From the NCBI GenBank assembly GCA_049969615.1, contig JBMFOM010000002.1, positions 1 to 49,656 of the forward strand: a DNA stretch of 49,656 bases, given 5' to 3'. Of this stretch, positions 10,038 through 19,892 are shown piece by piece. Below the pieces are notes generated by a model. The model searched no databases and was not told where the DNA came from. It worked only from the letters and a program-made list of their open reading frames with translations. Position numbers and translations under genes: made by a program. The DNA comes from a candidate division WOR-3 bacterium. GTDB taxonomy: Bacteria > Hydrothermota > Hydrothermia > JBDRYB01. Numbering within the stretch: the stretch's first letter is position 1; every line of letters begins with the position of its first letter.

Positions 10038-11942
10038 ATGGACAGGGATTTCGTAGACAAGGTGCGCGAGGCAACTGACATCACCCAGCTGATGGCCGAA
10101 AGGGGCATAAAGCTTGTCCGCTCAGGCAGGCGCCTCAAGGGACTCTGCCCATTCCACAGGGAAAAATCCCCATCGTTCTATGTTGAGCCTGATCTGGGCC
10201 TGTATCACTGCTTCGGGTGCGGTGCTTCCGGGGACGCGATAAAGTTCGTCATGGAAACCGAGGGAATGTCGTTTCCGGAGGCACTTGATTACCTGGCGGA
10301 AAGGTTCGGCGTCCCGAAGCCCACGGCCACCAGGCCGCAGGAAAAACCCAGGTCAACATCCGCGCTTGAATTCGCGGTGAAGTTCTACCACGAGAGGCTA
10401 CTTTCGGAAGAAGGGGAACAGGCCCTCGCGTATCTGAAATCGCGCGGGATAACCGGGGATAGCGTGAATGATTTCGTCATAGGCTATGCCCCGGGCAACA
10501 ACGCGCTCCTCCGTGCCGCTCACGAGGAGGGCCTGGGAATTGACGAGCTCGCGGCCGGCGGGTTGATTCACAGGAGCCAGGAGGGCACCTGGTTTGATTT
10601 CTTCAGGCACAGGATAGTCTTTCCGGTGTATTCGCCGTCCGGCAAGAACATCCTCGGGTTCTCCGGAAGGGCGCTTGGTAGCGAGGAGCCAAAATACCTG
10701 AACACTCCAGAAACCTCGTATTTCAAGAAAGGGGAACTGCTATACGGCCTATGGAGGGCGAGGCAGGAGATACGCAAGGCCGATAGGGCCGTTCTGGTTG
10801 AGGGGAACCTTGATGTGGTTCTCTCGCACCAGGCTGGCATCAAAAACACGGTCGCGCCGCTAGGCACCGCGTTCACTCCATCCCAGGCTAGGCTACTTCG
10901 TAAGTATACGCACAGGATAACAATAGCGTTTGATGGTGACGCCGCAGGCTCTACCGCGGCCCGACGGGCCATCCCTCATCTGGTTCAGGAGGGAATGTTG
11001 GTCATGGTCGCGCGCCTCCCTGGGGGCGAGGACCCCGCGAGCATGGTTACGGCGGGGAAAACCGACGAGCTGGCGAGTCTCCTGGACTCTGGGGAAGACT
11101 GGTTGGCCTTTCTCAAGGGCCTTTATCCGGATTCCCTTGAGGGAAAGAAGGGGTTTGAGATGGAGATGATGGGCATACTGAAACCCCTTTCCCCGGATGA
11201 GCGCGAGGCATATCTGTCCCGCGCCAAGGAGCTTCTCGGCTATTCCCAGGACTGGGTCATTGGCGTTAACCGGCGACTCTCCGAGGAAAAGACCTCGCGG
11301 GAGCCGGTGAGGGAATCAAAGGAGAACCAGGGCACCAGAGAGGTCATACTTATATCCCACGCTATAGCCCACCAGGAGACCGAGCCGTTCGCGTCCGGGC
11401 TCTCGCTAATTGAACCTTCTGATCTTTCCAACCCAATTGCCAGGAGACTCCTTGAGCTCCACCGCGATGGGAGGTCTTTCACCGAACTCCTCAGGGAGGA
11501 AGGCTTGGGCGAGAGGATTTCCGCGGCCCTTACTGAAAACAATGCCACCGAGGAGGACATGAGAATGTCTTTCGTCATAATGATCATGGAAGCGAGATAC
11601 AATGGCCTGGGAAGGGCCATAACCGCCGCTGAGGCGGCCGGAGACCGCGGGACCGCGAACGCGGCCCTCGCGCAGAAACGTTTTGTCCTCCGCATAATAG
11701 ATATACTCAGGAAGATAAAAGAGAGGAAGGCTCTCCGTTATCCCGAGAGGCGCAACATCATACTCGGAAAGCTCTGGGAGATCTGGGAGGCGATAACCCG
11801 TGGGGATGACGGAAGGTTAGCCGAGGTTGAACTTGACAGACTGGGCAGGCTTTTGTTCCGGATAAACGAGCCTGTCTGGGATGAGGAACAAACAGAAAAA
11901 AACAAAGAGACAGAGACCCATGGAAGAGAGAAGAAACGATAG
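10038..11942 (+). CDS. dnaG: DNA primase DnaG
   Basis: 634 aa. CHC2 zinc finger ([13 protein letters not shown] ... CFGCGASGD) and TOPRIM motifs (VEGNLDV, FDGDAAG). Confidence 0.95.
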   Translation: MDRDFVDKVREATDITQLMAERGIKLVRSGRRLKGLCPFHREKSPSFYVEPDLGLYHCFGCGASGDAIKFVMETEGMSFPEALDYLAERFGVPKPTATRPQEKPRSTSALEFAVKFYHERLLSEEGEQALAYLKSRGITGDSVNDFVIGYAPGNNALLRAAHEEGLGIDELAAGGLIHRSQEGTWFDFFRHRIVFPVYSPSGKNILGFSGRALGSEEPKYLNTPETSYFKKGELLYGLWRARQEIRKADRAVLVEGNLDVVLSHQAGIKNTVAPLGTAFTPSQARLLRKYTHRITIAFDGDAAGSTAARRAIPHLVQEGMLVMVARLPGGEDPASMVTAGKTDELASLLDSGEDWLAFLKGLYPDSLEGKKGFEMEMMGILKPLSPDEREAYLSRAKELLGYSQDWVIGVNRRLSEEKTSREPVRESKENQGTREVILISHAIAHQETEPFASGLSLIEPSDLSNPIARRLLELHRDGRSFTELLREEGLGERISAALTENNATEEDMRMSFVIMIMEARYNGLGRAITAAEAAGDRGTANAALAQKRFVLRIIDILRKIKERKALRYPERRNIILGKLWEIWEAITRGDDGRLAEVELDRLGRLLFRINEPVWDEEQTEKNKETETHGREKKR

Positions 11943-13560
11943 CATAGAAGATCTCGTGAAAAAGGCCAAAAAGAAGGGCAAGATAACCTACAAGGAGATA
12001 ATGGCCCTCCTGCCCTCGGTTGGATACTCTCTGGATTCTGTGGATGAGATAGTGGTGGCCTTGATGGAAGCAGGGGTAGAGGTGGAACTAACGGGTACTA
12101 AAACGAAGAAAAGGTCCCTCATCTCCGAGGAAGAATTCATCGGCGCGGGAGGCGATCCGGCGAAGGCTTACCTGAGACAAATATCAAACCTGCGCCTTCT
12201 CAAGAAGGAGGAGGAGGTCATATTCTCAAAGCAGTTGGACGACGCTAGGCGAAACATCATCCGGATCCTCTTTTCCACCAAGTTCGGTCTCAAGAAGTTC
12301 TTTAAGGCCATAGAGCTCACGGAGAAGGACATAATGCAGATAGAGGAGCTGGTTCAGGTTGATTCAAAATACTGGACCAACAGGCAAAAGAACAAGGACG
12401 AGAAGGAACGCGTCGCTGAGGCATTCGCTTTCCTGACCGAGCGCTTTGGGGTAGTCCGGAAGACCTGGTTTGAGGAGGTGAGCGAGGACGAGGCCAAGCA
12501 GGCCAGGCGTTGTCTCTTTGAGATAGTCAACAAGATAGACTCCCTGAAACCAAAGACAAAACAGGTTCTCCGGTGGCTAGATGATTTCATGAACTTGGTC
12601 AGCAGGGCAAAGGAGATGGACGCCCGGATAAGGCGTCTTGAGCACGAGATATTGCTCATGGAGGGATCAAAGGACCCCGATGCCACCGATAGGATAGAAT
12701 CCGCTCGCCAGGAGCTCAGGAGGCTTCGGAACCGGCTCAAGGAGGTCACCAAAACCCTCGGAATGGATGTCCAGGAGGGGGCTGACTACGCGGCTCGCCT
12801 GAACGCCGAATACGAGCTTTTCATGGACGCGAAGGAGCGGATGACCTACGGGAATGTGAGGCTTGTGATAGGCATAGCAAAGCGATTCCTCAACCGCGGC
12901 CTTGATTTTATGGACCTAGTTCAGGAGGGGAATGTCGGCCTTATGAAGGCAATAGAGAAGTTTGACTACCGCAAGGGCTACAAGTTCTCAACCTACGCGA
13001 CCTGGTGGATAAGGCAGTCCATAACAAGGGCAATCGCTGATCAGTCCAGGACCGTACGCATACCCATCCACATGATAGAGACCATAACCAAGATCTCAAA
13101 GGCCTCCCGCACACTCATGCAAGAGTACGGCAGGGAACCCACCGCGAAGGAGGTCGCGGAATACATTGATGTCAGGGTGGAGAAGGTCAAACAAGCGATG
13201 GACGCCGCACGGGAACCAATCTCCATTGACAAACCAATAGGTAAGAACGAGGACACTTACATGGGCGACCTCCTGGTTGACACCTTACAACCGACCCCAT
13301 ACGAGAACGCCAGGGATATTCTCCTCCGCGAGCGGCTTGACGATGTCTTGTCAACATTGACGAAACGAGAGAAAAGGGTCATTGAGCTCAGGTTCGGCCT
13401 GAACAACGAGCCTCCAAAGACCCTTGAGGAGGTAGGATATATATTTGGGGTGACCCGCGAGCGCATCAGGCAGATAGAGGCAAAGGCCCTCCGGAAACTG
13501 CAGAACCCTATAAGGTCTGGCCTCCTGAGGTCTCTCCTGGAGGCGGACAGGAAATACTAA
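11920..13560 (+). CDS. rpoD: RNA polymerase sigma factor RpoD (sigma70)
   Basis: Regions 1.1/1.2 ([10 protein letters not shown]), 2 ([41 protein letters not shown]), 3 and 4 ([27 protein letters not shown]). The frame is open from 11881; ATG 11920 is preferred but the start is uncertain. Confidence 0.93.
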   Translation: MEERRNDSIEDLVKKAKKKGKITYKEIMALLPSVGYSLDSVDEIVVALMEAGVEVELTGTKTKKRSLISEEEFIGAGGDPAKAYLRQISNLRLLKKEEEVIFSKQLDDARRNIIRILFSTKFGLKKFFKAIELTEKDIMQIEELVQVDSKYWTNRQKNKDEKERVAEAFAFLTERFGVVRKTWFEEVSEDEAKQARRCLFEIVNKIDSLKPKTKQVLRWLDDFMNLVSRAKEMDARIRRLEHEILLMEGSKDPDATDRIESARQELRRLRNRLKEVTKTLGMDVQEGADYAARLNAEYELFMDAKERMTYGNVRLVIGIAKRFLNRGLDFMDLVQEGNVGLMKAIEKFDYRKGYKFSTYATWWIRQSITRAIADQSRTVRIPIHMIETITKISKASRTLMQEYGREPTAKEVAEYIDVRVEKVKQAMDAAREPISIDKPIGKNEDTYMGDLLVDTLQPTPYENARDILLRERLDDVLSTLTKREKRVIELRFGLNNEPPKTLEEVGYIFGVTRERIRQIEAKALRKLQNPIRSGLLRSLLEADRKY

Positions 13561-13582
13561 GGCTGGTGTCCGAGATCCCTAA

Positions 13583-13710
13583 CCCCTGGAAAATCCCGCC
13601 GCGGAAGCATTTCCTCAGGGTTCTCATCTGCTACGATGAACCTTTCGGATAGGGACAAAGGGCGAACCGGGATTTTTCAGAGTTTCAATAAGGCAATTCC
13701 CCGATCCTGC
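13583..13710 (+). repeat. Intergenic repeat copy E, in the convergent rpoD/folC spacer
   Basis: CCCCTGGAAAATCCCGCCGCGGAAGCATTTCCTCAGGGTTCTC ... CTTTCGGATAGGGACAAAG ... CCGGGATTTTTCAGAGTTTC aligns with copies C and D. It ends with a GATCCTGC promoter-cassette relic (13702-13709). Confidence 0.7.
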
Positions 13711-13714
13711 TAAG

Positions 13715-15016
13715 CTAAGTTCCAGAGCCATCAGCACTTTCGCCGAACTCGTTGATGGAAAAGGACTTAGAATGGATCGAAAGTGGGTCGGGTGAGCCCA
13801 GTGGCTCCAGCGCTTCCCCGACCACATATAGCGAACCCGTTACCAGGATTGCATCTCCCACACCCGCCATTTCACGCGCCCTTTCCAGGGCCTCGGCCAC
13901 TCCCTTTGTTTTGATGGCTTTCAAGCCAATCTCCCTGGCGGCAGGTTCCAGGAGGAATGGCTCCGCGGCCCTCGGGGTTCTCGCCCTGGTAAGGATTACC
14001 AGCCTCGCATCCGTCAGAAGCCTCAACATTGCCCCGACATCCTTTCCCCTGCTCGCGCCGAAGACCACGACAAAGCCCTTGTCTGGAAAAAGCCTTCTCG
14101 TTTCGGATATGACCTCCAAGAGGGCCAGCGGGTTGTGCGCGCCGTCAAGGATAATCGGAATTTCTTCCGGAATCACTTGGAACCTTCCCGGATGGGTAGT
14201 CCCGGAGAAGTCCGGCTCCGCAATCCCAAGCCCTATCAGCCCGGCCGCGGACAGGGCCAGGTTTTCGGCCTGGAATCGGCCAAGCAGGGGGGTGTGATAT
14301 TCTCTTCCAGACATGGCTATCCTGGTTCCTCCGAGGTCAGAGCGGGTGAGCGAATATTCCGTGACAACCAGGTCCGCGCCCCGTTCCTCGCATGTTGCCC
14401 TGATGACCTCCATGGCCTCTGGTTCCTGACGACAGGTTATCACCACCCCCCCTTTTATTACACCGCACTTTTCCCGCGCTATCTCGGCCAGTGTGTTTCC
14501 CAGGATGTTGGTGTGGTCAAGTCCTATACGGGTTATCAGGGTCAGGTCCTGCCGGACAGCGTTGGTCGCGTCAAGTCGCCCCCCCAGTCCCACCTCAAGG
14601 ACCCAGAACTCCGGCGCGCGTTCCCTGAAATAAACGAAAGCGGCCGCTGTCATGGCTTCAAACCAGGTCGCCATTCCCCTTCTGCCAATAATGTGAGGCT
14701 TTATCTCGGAGATGAACCTTGCCAGCTCCTCCTTTCTGATCCGCGAGCCGTTTAGCAATATCCTTTCGGTTGTGTCAATCAGGTGCGGCGAAGTGTATGT
14801 GCCAACCGTTCGGCCCGCGTTCAGGAGGCCCTGTGTCAGGTGCGCCGCAACCGAACCTTTGCCCTTTGTTCCGGCAATTATGATCTTTCTGCCCGGCGCC
14901 TGGTGCGGCCGGCCCAATTTTTCAAGAAGTTCAAGGAAAGGCTCCAGGGATTTCGTGTAGCCGCCGGTCTGCTCATAGTTCAGCAAGGAGTTCAGGAAAG
15001 AGAAAGCATCCATCAT
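13715..15016 (-). CDS. folC: Bifunctional folylpolyglutamate synthase / dihydrofolate synthase
   Basis: 433 aa. Mur-ligase P-loop (IIAGTKGKGS) and FolC-like central and C-terminal domains (DGAHNP). Confidence 0.9.
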   Translation of the reverse strand: MMDAFSFLNSLLNYEQTGGYTKSLEPFLELLEKLGRPHQAPGRKIIIAGTKGKGSVAAHLTQGLLNAGRTVGTYTSPHLIDTTERILLNGSRIRKEELARFISEIKPHIIGRRGMATWFEAMTAAAFVYFRERAPEFWVLEVGLGGRLDATNAVRQDLTLITRIGLDHTNILGNTLAEIAREKCGVIKGGVVITCRQEPEAMEVIRATCEERGADLVVTEYSLTRSDLGGTRIAMSGREYHTPLLGRFQAENLALSAAGLIGLGIAEPDFSGTTHPGRFQVIPEEIPIILDGAHNPLALLEVISETRRLFPDKGFVVVFGASRGKDVGAMLRLLTDARLVILTRARTPRAAEPFLLEPAAREIGLKAIKTKGVAEALERAREMAGVGDAILVTGSLYVVGEALEPLGSPDPLSIHSKSFSINEFGESADGSGT

Positions 15017-15321
15017 TCAAGCCTCACGGCTTTTCTGATCCTGTGCTGGGCCACAGGGCCTATCTCCCAAGACTTGCTCTCGGATATCCCCTCTCTTGCC
15101 CTCTTGTTATACCAGGACGAGAGCCTGCGGACCTCCTTGTCCCAGAAAATGTCAGGTGGATATGACTCGGCGTAAAACCACTCCTCGTGGAAAAAACCCG
15201 CATCACTGGGGAACGAGTTGTCAACGAGAAATTCCCTTTCCGCCACCTTGACAGCGGTTTTCGTGTGTATTTCTGAGTAAAATACGACCCTCCCGGTTAT
15301 CCCGAACCAGCTCAGTATCAT
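15013..15321 (-). CDS. Hypothetical protein
   Basis: 102 aa ORF with 4-nt overlaps to both gmhB and folC, suggesting translational coupling. No motif recognised. Confidence 0.5.
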   Translation of the reverse strand: MILSWFGITGRVVFYSEIHTKTAVKVAEREFLVDNSFPSDAGFFHEEWFYAESYPPDIFWDKEVRRLSSWYNKRAREGISESKSWEIGPVAQHRIRKAVRLE

Positions 15322-15872
15322 GTGAGGTTTTCAACCGCCCACTCCGCGGCCTCAACTATGCTTGGTGTCACCAGGTCAGGCTCAAGCCCGTCCGGCGCTC
15401 GCTCAGCTATGAGCACGGTTCTCGTGCCCATTGCCTTTCCCGCCACTACATCCCGTTGGTTGTCCCCTATGGTCACCGAGCGAGCGAGGTCTATTTCTGG
15501 CCACATGAGGGTTATCCTCTTTATCATGCCAGGCGAGGGTTTTCTGCAACCACAGCGTTCCCCCGGCACATGAGGGCAGAACTCCAGGCCATTGAACCTC
15601 ATGCCCAGCCTCCTTTCCATCTCTCGGTGCGTTGCCAACAGGTTATTTCGGGATATGAATCCCCTGGCCGCGCCGGATTGGTTGGTCACGACGAACAACA
15701 GGAATCCGGCGCCACGGAGGAGCTCAAGGGCCTCCCGCGCTCCGTGAACCGGCCTGACCATTTCCGGAGAGCCGCCGTAGTGCATGTCCTCTATTATTGT
15801 GCCGTCCCTGTCAAGGAACGCGGCGCGGATTCCGCACCCGCGCGCTTTCGGTCGGGTTTCAGAAACCAGCAT
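15318..15872 (-). CDS. gmhB: D-glycero-beta-D-manno-heptose 1,7-bisphosphate 7-phosphatase (HAD-IIIA)
   Basis: 184 aa. HAD motif I FLDRDGTI, Zn-binding loop CPHVPGERCGCRKP and motif GDNQRD. Confidence 0.85.
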   Translation of the reverse strand: MLVSETRPKARGCGIRAAFLDRDGTIIEDMHYGGSPEMVRPVHGAREALELLRGAGFLLFVVTNQSGAARGFISRNNLLATHREMERRLGMRFNGLEFCPHVPGERCGCRKPSPGMIKRITLMWPEIDLARSVTIGDNQRDVVAGKAMGTRTVLIAERAPDGLEPDLVTPSIVEAAEWAVENLT

Positions 15873-16449
15873 TTCTGAGAACCTCTCTGGCCATCCTGAA
15901 GGCCTTTGCCCTGTGGCTCACCGCGTTTTTCACTTCGGGGGGTAGTTCCGCGAATGTCCTTCCCATTGGTGGATAAAGGAACACTGGGTCATATCCGAAT
16001 CCGGCTTCGCCCTGTTCCTGTCCGATTATGAATCCCTCAACCCAACCCTCCAGAAATGTGAGATCTTTTCCGTTTCTGGTCAGACAGACGATTGTCGTGA
16101 ACCTGGCCCTCCTCCTGCTGAAAGGGACGCCCTCCAGCAAGGAGAGAAGCTTTTGCCTGTTGTCGCGATATGTGGCGCCTGGCCCTGCGAACCGCGAGGA
16201 GAACACCCCCGGCATTCCGTGGAGCGCGTCAACGCAAAGCCCGGTGTCCTCTGCGATTGTCGTCATTCCGGATGCACGGAACCCATATTCGGCTTTTAGT
16301 CGGGCGTTTTCCATTAGGGTAAGGCCGGTCTCCTCAGGCCCCTCTATCCCCAGGTCCGCGAGGGAGATGATCTCGTGACCAGCCAAAGCAAGTATATCGT
16401 TAATTTCACGAAATTTGTCTGGATTTCCAGTCGCTACGAGGATTCGCAA
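15859..16449 (-). CDS. rdgB: Non-canonical purine NTP pyrophosphatase (RdgB/HAM1 family)
   Basis: 196 aa. ATGNPDKFREI N-terminus, FGYDPVF and SHRAKA motifs. Confidence 0.92.
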   Translation of the reverse strand: MRILVATGNPDKFREINDILALAGHEIISLADLGIEGPEETGLTLMENARLKAEYGFRASGMTTIAEDTGLCVDALHGMPGVFSSRFAGPGATYRDNRQKLLSLLEGVPFSRRRARFTTIVCLTRNGKDLTFLEGWVEGFIIGQEQGEAGFGYDPVFLYPPMGRTFAELPPEVKNAVSHRAKAFRMAREVLRNAGF

Positions 16450-16452
16450 TGC

Positions 16453-16881
16453 TTATCGTCCGCCCCCGGTCCCCCCTTCTTCCTTGACGAATACAACTGT
16501 CTCGGCCACGAACGCGTCAGCATAGCCCAGCGATTTCTGTACCGTGGTCAGGAACTGCTCCGCTTCTTCTCTTTTCTGAAAATCGCCTATGCGTATCTTG
16601 TAAAACGGGGGTATTTCCTCAACATATACAGGGTAGGTTACTTTCTCCTGAACCTCATCCCTTATCTTTTCGGCCTTGTCCTTGTATATGGTAGCAAAGA
16701 CCTGAACCCGGTAGCCATAGACCCTTTTCGTGCCGGGCGGGGTAACGCCACCGTATGTCCACTGACCAGATGAACCCTTCTTTAGGGTATCTGTGGAAGT
16801 TGTTGCCTGGGCAAGGAGAGGCACAGGGGAGGTTTCTTCAACCGGCTCCTGCGAGAGGAGGGCTATAAAGATGAGTTCCAT
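16453..16881 (-). CDS. SPOR domain-containing protein
   Basis: 142 aa. C-terminal SPOR-like repeat (YRVQVFATIYKDKAEKIRDEV ... YKIRIGDFQKREEAEQF). Confidence 0.7.
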   Translation of the reverse strand: MELIFIALLSQEPVEETSPVPLLAQATTSTDTLKKGSSGQWTYGGVTPPGTKRVYGYRVQVFATIYKDKAEKIRDEVQEKVTYPVYVEEIPPFYKIRIGDFQKREEAEQFLTTVQKSLGYADAFVAETVVFVKEEGGTGGGR

Positions 16882-16892
16882 TTCAAACCCCC

Positions 16893-17099
16893 TTATTTTA
16901 TTCCATACTTCTCTTTGAAGCGCCTAACCCTTCCACCCGCGTCAACCGTTGATTTTAATGTTCCTGTGTAGAAGGGATGGCAAGCCGAACAGATCTCCAC
17001 CTTCATCTTCTTTTTGGTGGACCCGATTTTTACCGTGTTGCCACACGCGCAAACTATCTCCGCGTCCCGAAAATACTCTGGATGTAAACCCTTTTTCAT
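16893..17099 (-). CDS. rpmE: 50S ribosomal protein bL31
   Basis: 68 aa. MKKGLHPEY start, with Zn-ribbon cysteines CxC ... CSxCHPFYTG. Confidence 0.95.
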   Translation of the reverse strand: MKKGLHPEYFRDAEIVCACGNTVKIGSTKKKMKVEICSACHPFYTGTLKSTVDAGGRVRRFKEKYGIK

Positions 17100-17112
17100 A
17101 CCTGCTCCGTTA

Positions 17113-17481
17113 TCACGCCAGGAAACCCAGCCTATCTACCTCCTTGAGGAGCGCGGTTATGTCTCTCATGGCGTTTTGTCTGGATATGCCGTAGCGTTTG
17201 CTCATCGTGAGTGCCATGCGGGACACATCCTTTCCGGCCATGACCATCTCCATGATCTCCCCCCCTGTTGAGTTCAGGCGCAATACCAGGGGGCCCCTTC
17301 TCAGCACAAATTCGTTCCCCTCCCAGCTACCCCGCGTTCCCTTCTTGAACCGTGGGACCCAGCTGGCCGGGAGAGGAACTTTCCTCAAAGCCGCGTATAA
17401 TAGGAGGCTCCCAGTGCCCAAGAGGGCACTTTTCAAAAAACTCCTCCTTGTCATAGGCCTATATTCTAAGGTTTTTGCCAT
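17113..17481 (-). CDS. PqqD-family (RRE-like) protein with an N-terminal twin-arginine signal or anchor
   Basis: 122 aa. TRRSFLKSALLGTGSLLLYAAL (Tat-like RR plus hydrophobic stretch), then a PqqD-like winged-helix segment (LRLNSTGGEIMEMVMAGKDVSRMALTMSKRYGISRQNAMRDITALLKEVDRLGFL). Confidence 0.6.
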   Translation of the reverse strand: MAKTLEYRPMTRRSFLKSALLGTGSLLLYAALRKVPLPASWVPRFKKGTRGSWEGNEFVLRRGPLVLRLNSTGGEIMEMVMAGKDVSRMALTMSKRYGISRQNAMRDITALLKEVDRLGFLA

Positions 17482-17497
17482 GGCCTGTCAAGTCCTA

Positions 17498-17570
<73 letters not shown>

Positions 17571-17628
17571 CTTTTGTTTAGTCCCGATCCAAGGCGAGAA
17601 CCAATGGTCCCGCGAGCGACCTATCATA

Positions 17629-17700
17629 AGCGGGAGACGGGATTTGAACCCGCGACCTCCTGCATGGCAAGCAGAAGCTCTACCACTGAGCTACTCCCGC
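17629..17700 (-). tRNA. tRNA-Gly (anticodon GCC)
   Basis: Reverse complement GCGGGAGTAGCTCAGTGGTAGAGCTTCTGCTTGCCATGCAGGAGGTCGCGGGTTCAAATCCCGTCTCCCGCT folds as a cloverleaf with anticodon loop TTGCCAT. CCA is not encoded. Confidence 0.93.
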
Positions 17701-17709
17701 AGGCCCATA

Positions 17710-17739
17710 ATTGTAAAACCTGACGCGGTGGCCAGTCAA
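17710..17739 (-). promoter_or_regulatory. Putative promoter of the tRNA-Gly/tRNA-Thr transcription unit
   Basis: On the minus strand: TTGACT, 18-nt spacer, TACAAT, ending 9 nt before the mature 5' G of tRNA-Gly. Confidence 0.45.
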
Positions 17740-17827
17740 GCGCGATGGGACCGCTCACATCCCTTGATTTCTCGCCAGTCATTATATTCTGCGGTTTTAA
17801 GGCACATGGCTTTGCGGCCGCAGTCGT

Positions 17828-19399
17828 TCAGTAAAGCCCCTGCACCTGCTTGTCCTTTGGCCAATCAACCGAGAAGCTTATCTTTGCTTCCCACTTGTCC
17901 AGGGCCTTCATCTTGAGCGTCCAGGAATAGAGCTTCTTGTCCTTGTCCTCATTGTCAGGTTTGGGTTCTATTTTGACGCCTGAGACGTTTATATCCTTTG
18001 TCCTCGGGAGGGGAACAGCCTCATAAAGGACCAGGGTTATCCCTTTCTTCAGGTAGTTCTCAACCGTGAGCTTGTAGCCCAGATCAATCTTCTTCTTGTT
18101 CCCGAATATCCCGGCCTTGGACTTGAGCTCCTTCATGGGTTCCCTGGTTATCTTTATCCTTTCGTCAGCGCCAAAGGAAACCGTGTCCGATTGACCAGGA
18201 GCGAAGTCAGGCAGGTATGTCTTTCCGGTATACTCTTCCCCGACATAAAGGAGGCACTCGCCCGGAAGATAATGGAAATCAGAGCTGTTCTCAAAAGCCC
18301 CCGTAAGGTATGCTGTTGGGTCAAGCCTCGGATATGCATAAAACTCAAACTGAGCCGGGAACTCATCCGAGGTGACCAGTATCTTCCTGGGTTCCTCCCC
18401 TGTCCTTATCGTGAGCCTCTCCCTTAAGGGATAAAGCAAGGAGATGCCTGTCTCAACAGGGGGAGGCGGGGCCTCTGCCTCTTCTCTGAGATAATCGCCT
18501 GATGTCTCCATGGCCTTTGATGGCGCCGTAGTCTTTGCTCCGTATGCACCTCCACCATACCCGTAATACGGCTCGTATATGTCCACATACCAAGGGTCAA
18601 GGGGAGGAGCCTGCCTTACACTCGGCCTGGTGGTTGAGAGCACGGTCTTGACATTCTTCCAATCCTCGCCGGTCTTCTGCCATATGAGCCCGTTGAACAC
18701 TATCTCAACCTTCTCGTTCTCCGGGAGGGCTATGAGCTCATAGCTCGGCGCCCATCCAGCCCCATAAGGGACTATGTAGCTTATGCCGAACCTGTAGGTG
18801 CCTCCCTTGGTTGGTCTCACGGCCACCTCCACGCTCTTCCGGGTCTTTATGAACTCATTCTCGGCGTTCAGCTTCTGCTGATAAGCGGAAAGGGTGTCGT
18901 TCAGCGCGGGGAGCAATTTGTTTATCTCCCTCCTGCGAGCCTTTATCTTTGCCATCTCTGAACCAAGGAAGTCAAGGCCGGCCTGCCAGCTCTTGGCGTC
19001 AACCTTGCCGGATATAAGCTCCTGGGATGCTATCTTGGGGCCACCGACCTCTATAGAGGCCAGGTACTTCTCCTTTGCCGCAAGGACATCATTCTCGTCC
19101 CCTATTGCTTTTATCTTGTCCTGATATAGCTTTATCGTGTCCTCAAGGGCCTTTATCCTCGGGGATGGTTCCCTCAGGTATCCCTGCACAACCTTGACTT
19201 CGCTTATCTTCACCCCTGAGGGGCTTTCTATCCTTACAGAGGACTCGTCCAGTCCCCCGGGAAGGTCATCAAACTTTATGACCGTGTCCCCGGAGAGGTT
19301 CACTGTTGCGGTCCTGTGTATGTATGCTCCTGATGGATACACGACCACCGAATCCGGAGCAGAACTCACTGCTATGAGTATGGCTGTTGCTATAAACAT
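17828..19399 (-). CDS. DUF4140/DUF4139-type protein (mucoidy-inhibitor MuiA-like)
   Basis: 523 aa. Signal-like N-terminus, N-terminal module (VVVYPSGAYIHRTATVNLSGDTVIKFDDLPGGLDESSVRIES), central coiled coil and a large C-terminal beta-rich domain. Confidence 0.6.
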   Translation of the reverse strand: MFIATAILIAVSSAPDSVVVYPSGAYIHRTATVNLSGDTVIKFDDLPGGLDESSVRIESPSGVKISEVKVVQGYLREPSPRIKALEDTIKLYQDKIKAIGDENDVLAAKEKYLASIEVGGPKIASQELISGKVDAKSWQAGLDFLGSEMAKIKARRREINKLLPALNDTLSAYQQKLNAENEFIKTRKSVEVAVRPTKGGTYRFGISYIVPYGAGWAPSYELIALPENEKVEIVFNGLIWQKTGEDWKNVKTVLSTTRPSVRQAPPLDPWYVDIYEPYYGYGGGAYGAKTTAPSKAMETSGDYLREEAEAPPPPVETGISLLYPLRERLTIRTGEEPRKILVTSDEFPAQFEFYAYPRLDPTAYLTGAFENSSDFHYLPGECLLYVGEEYTGKTYLPDFAPGQSDTVSFGADERIKITREPMKELKSKAGIFGNKKKIDLGYKLTVENYLKKGITLVLYEAVPLPRTKDINVSGVKIEPKPDNEDKDKKLYSWTLKMKALDKWEAKISFSVDWPKDKQVQGLY

Positions 19400-19476
19400 C
19401 TCGTTCTCCTCGTGTGTTTTTAAAGCTTAAGGTCAAACGGCCCGCCGGGTCAAAATGAAAGCGCCCACGCCGAGAG

Positions 19477-19818
19477 TTATCCCTGATATTCCGCGCCCTG
19501 ACGATCACTCTCCCAAACCACAACCTTTATAAGGCCAGGATAAAACGGAAGGAGTTTCTCGTAGATATATTTGGCTATGTTCTCCGCCGAGGGCTTCTCC
19601 ATGAGGTCGTTCAGGAGCCTGTGATCGGGCATTACCTCCTTCAACCTCGCCCTTATTTCGGCGAAATCGTAAGCCATTCCGCCCTTGCCCAGGGTTTCCG
19701 CGCCCACGAAAACCTCCACCGCGTAATTGTGCCCGTGTAGCACCTCGCACTTTCCGTCATAGTCCGGCAGGTAGTGCGCGGCTGAGAACTCCTCCTTAAC
19801 TCTCAGAATCCAGGGCAT
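19477..19818 (-). CDS. queD: 6-carboxy-5,6,7,8-tetrahydropterin synthase
   Basis: 113 aa. FSAAHYL and CEVLHGHNY motifs of the PTPS/QueD fold. Confidence 0.88.
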   Translation of the reverse strand: MPWILRVKEEFSAAHYLPDYDGKCEVLHGHNYAVEVFVGAETLGKGGMAYDFAEIRARLKEVMPDHRLLNDLMEKPSAENIAKYIYEKLLPFYPGLIKVVVWESDRQGAEYQG

Positions 19819-19892
19819 TATACTGGTTGCTGGTTTTTTGTTCCCGGTTGAAACTCCGGTTCCGGCGACCGGAAGCCCAAGTCCATATGTTT

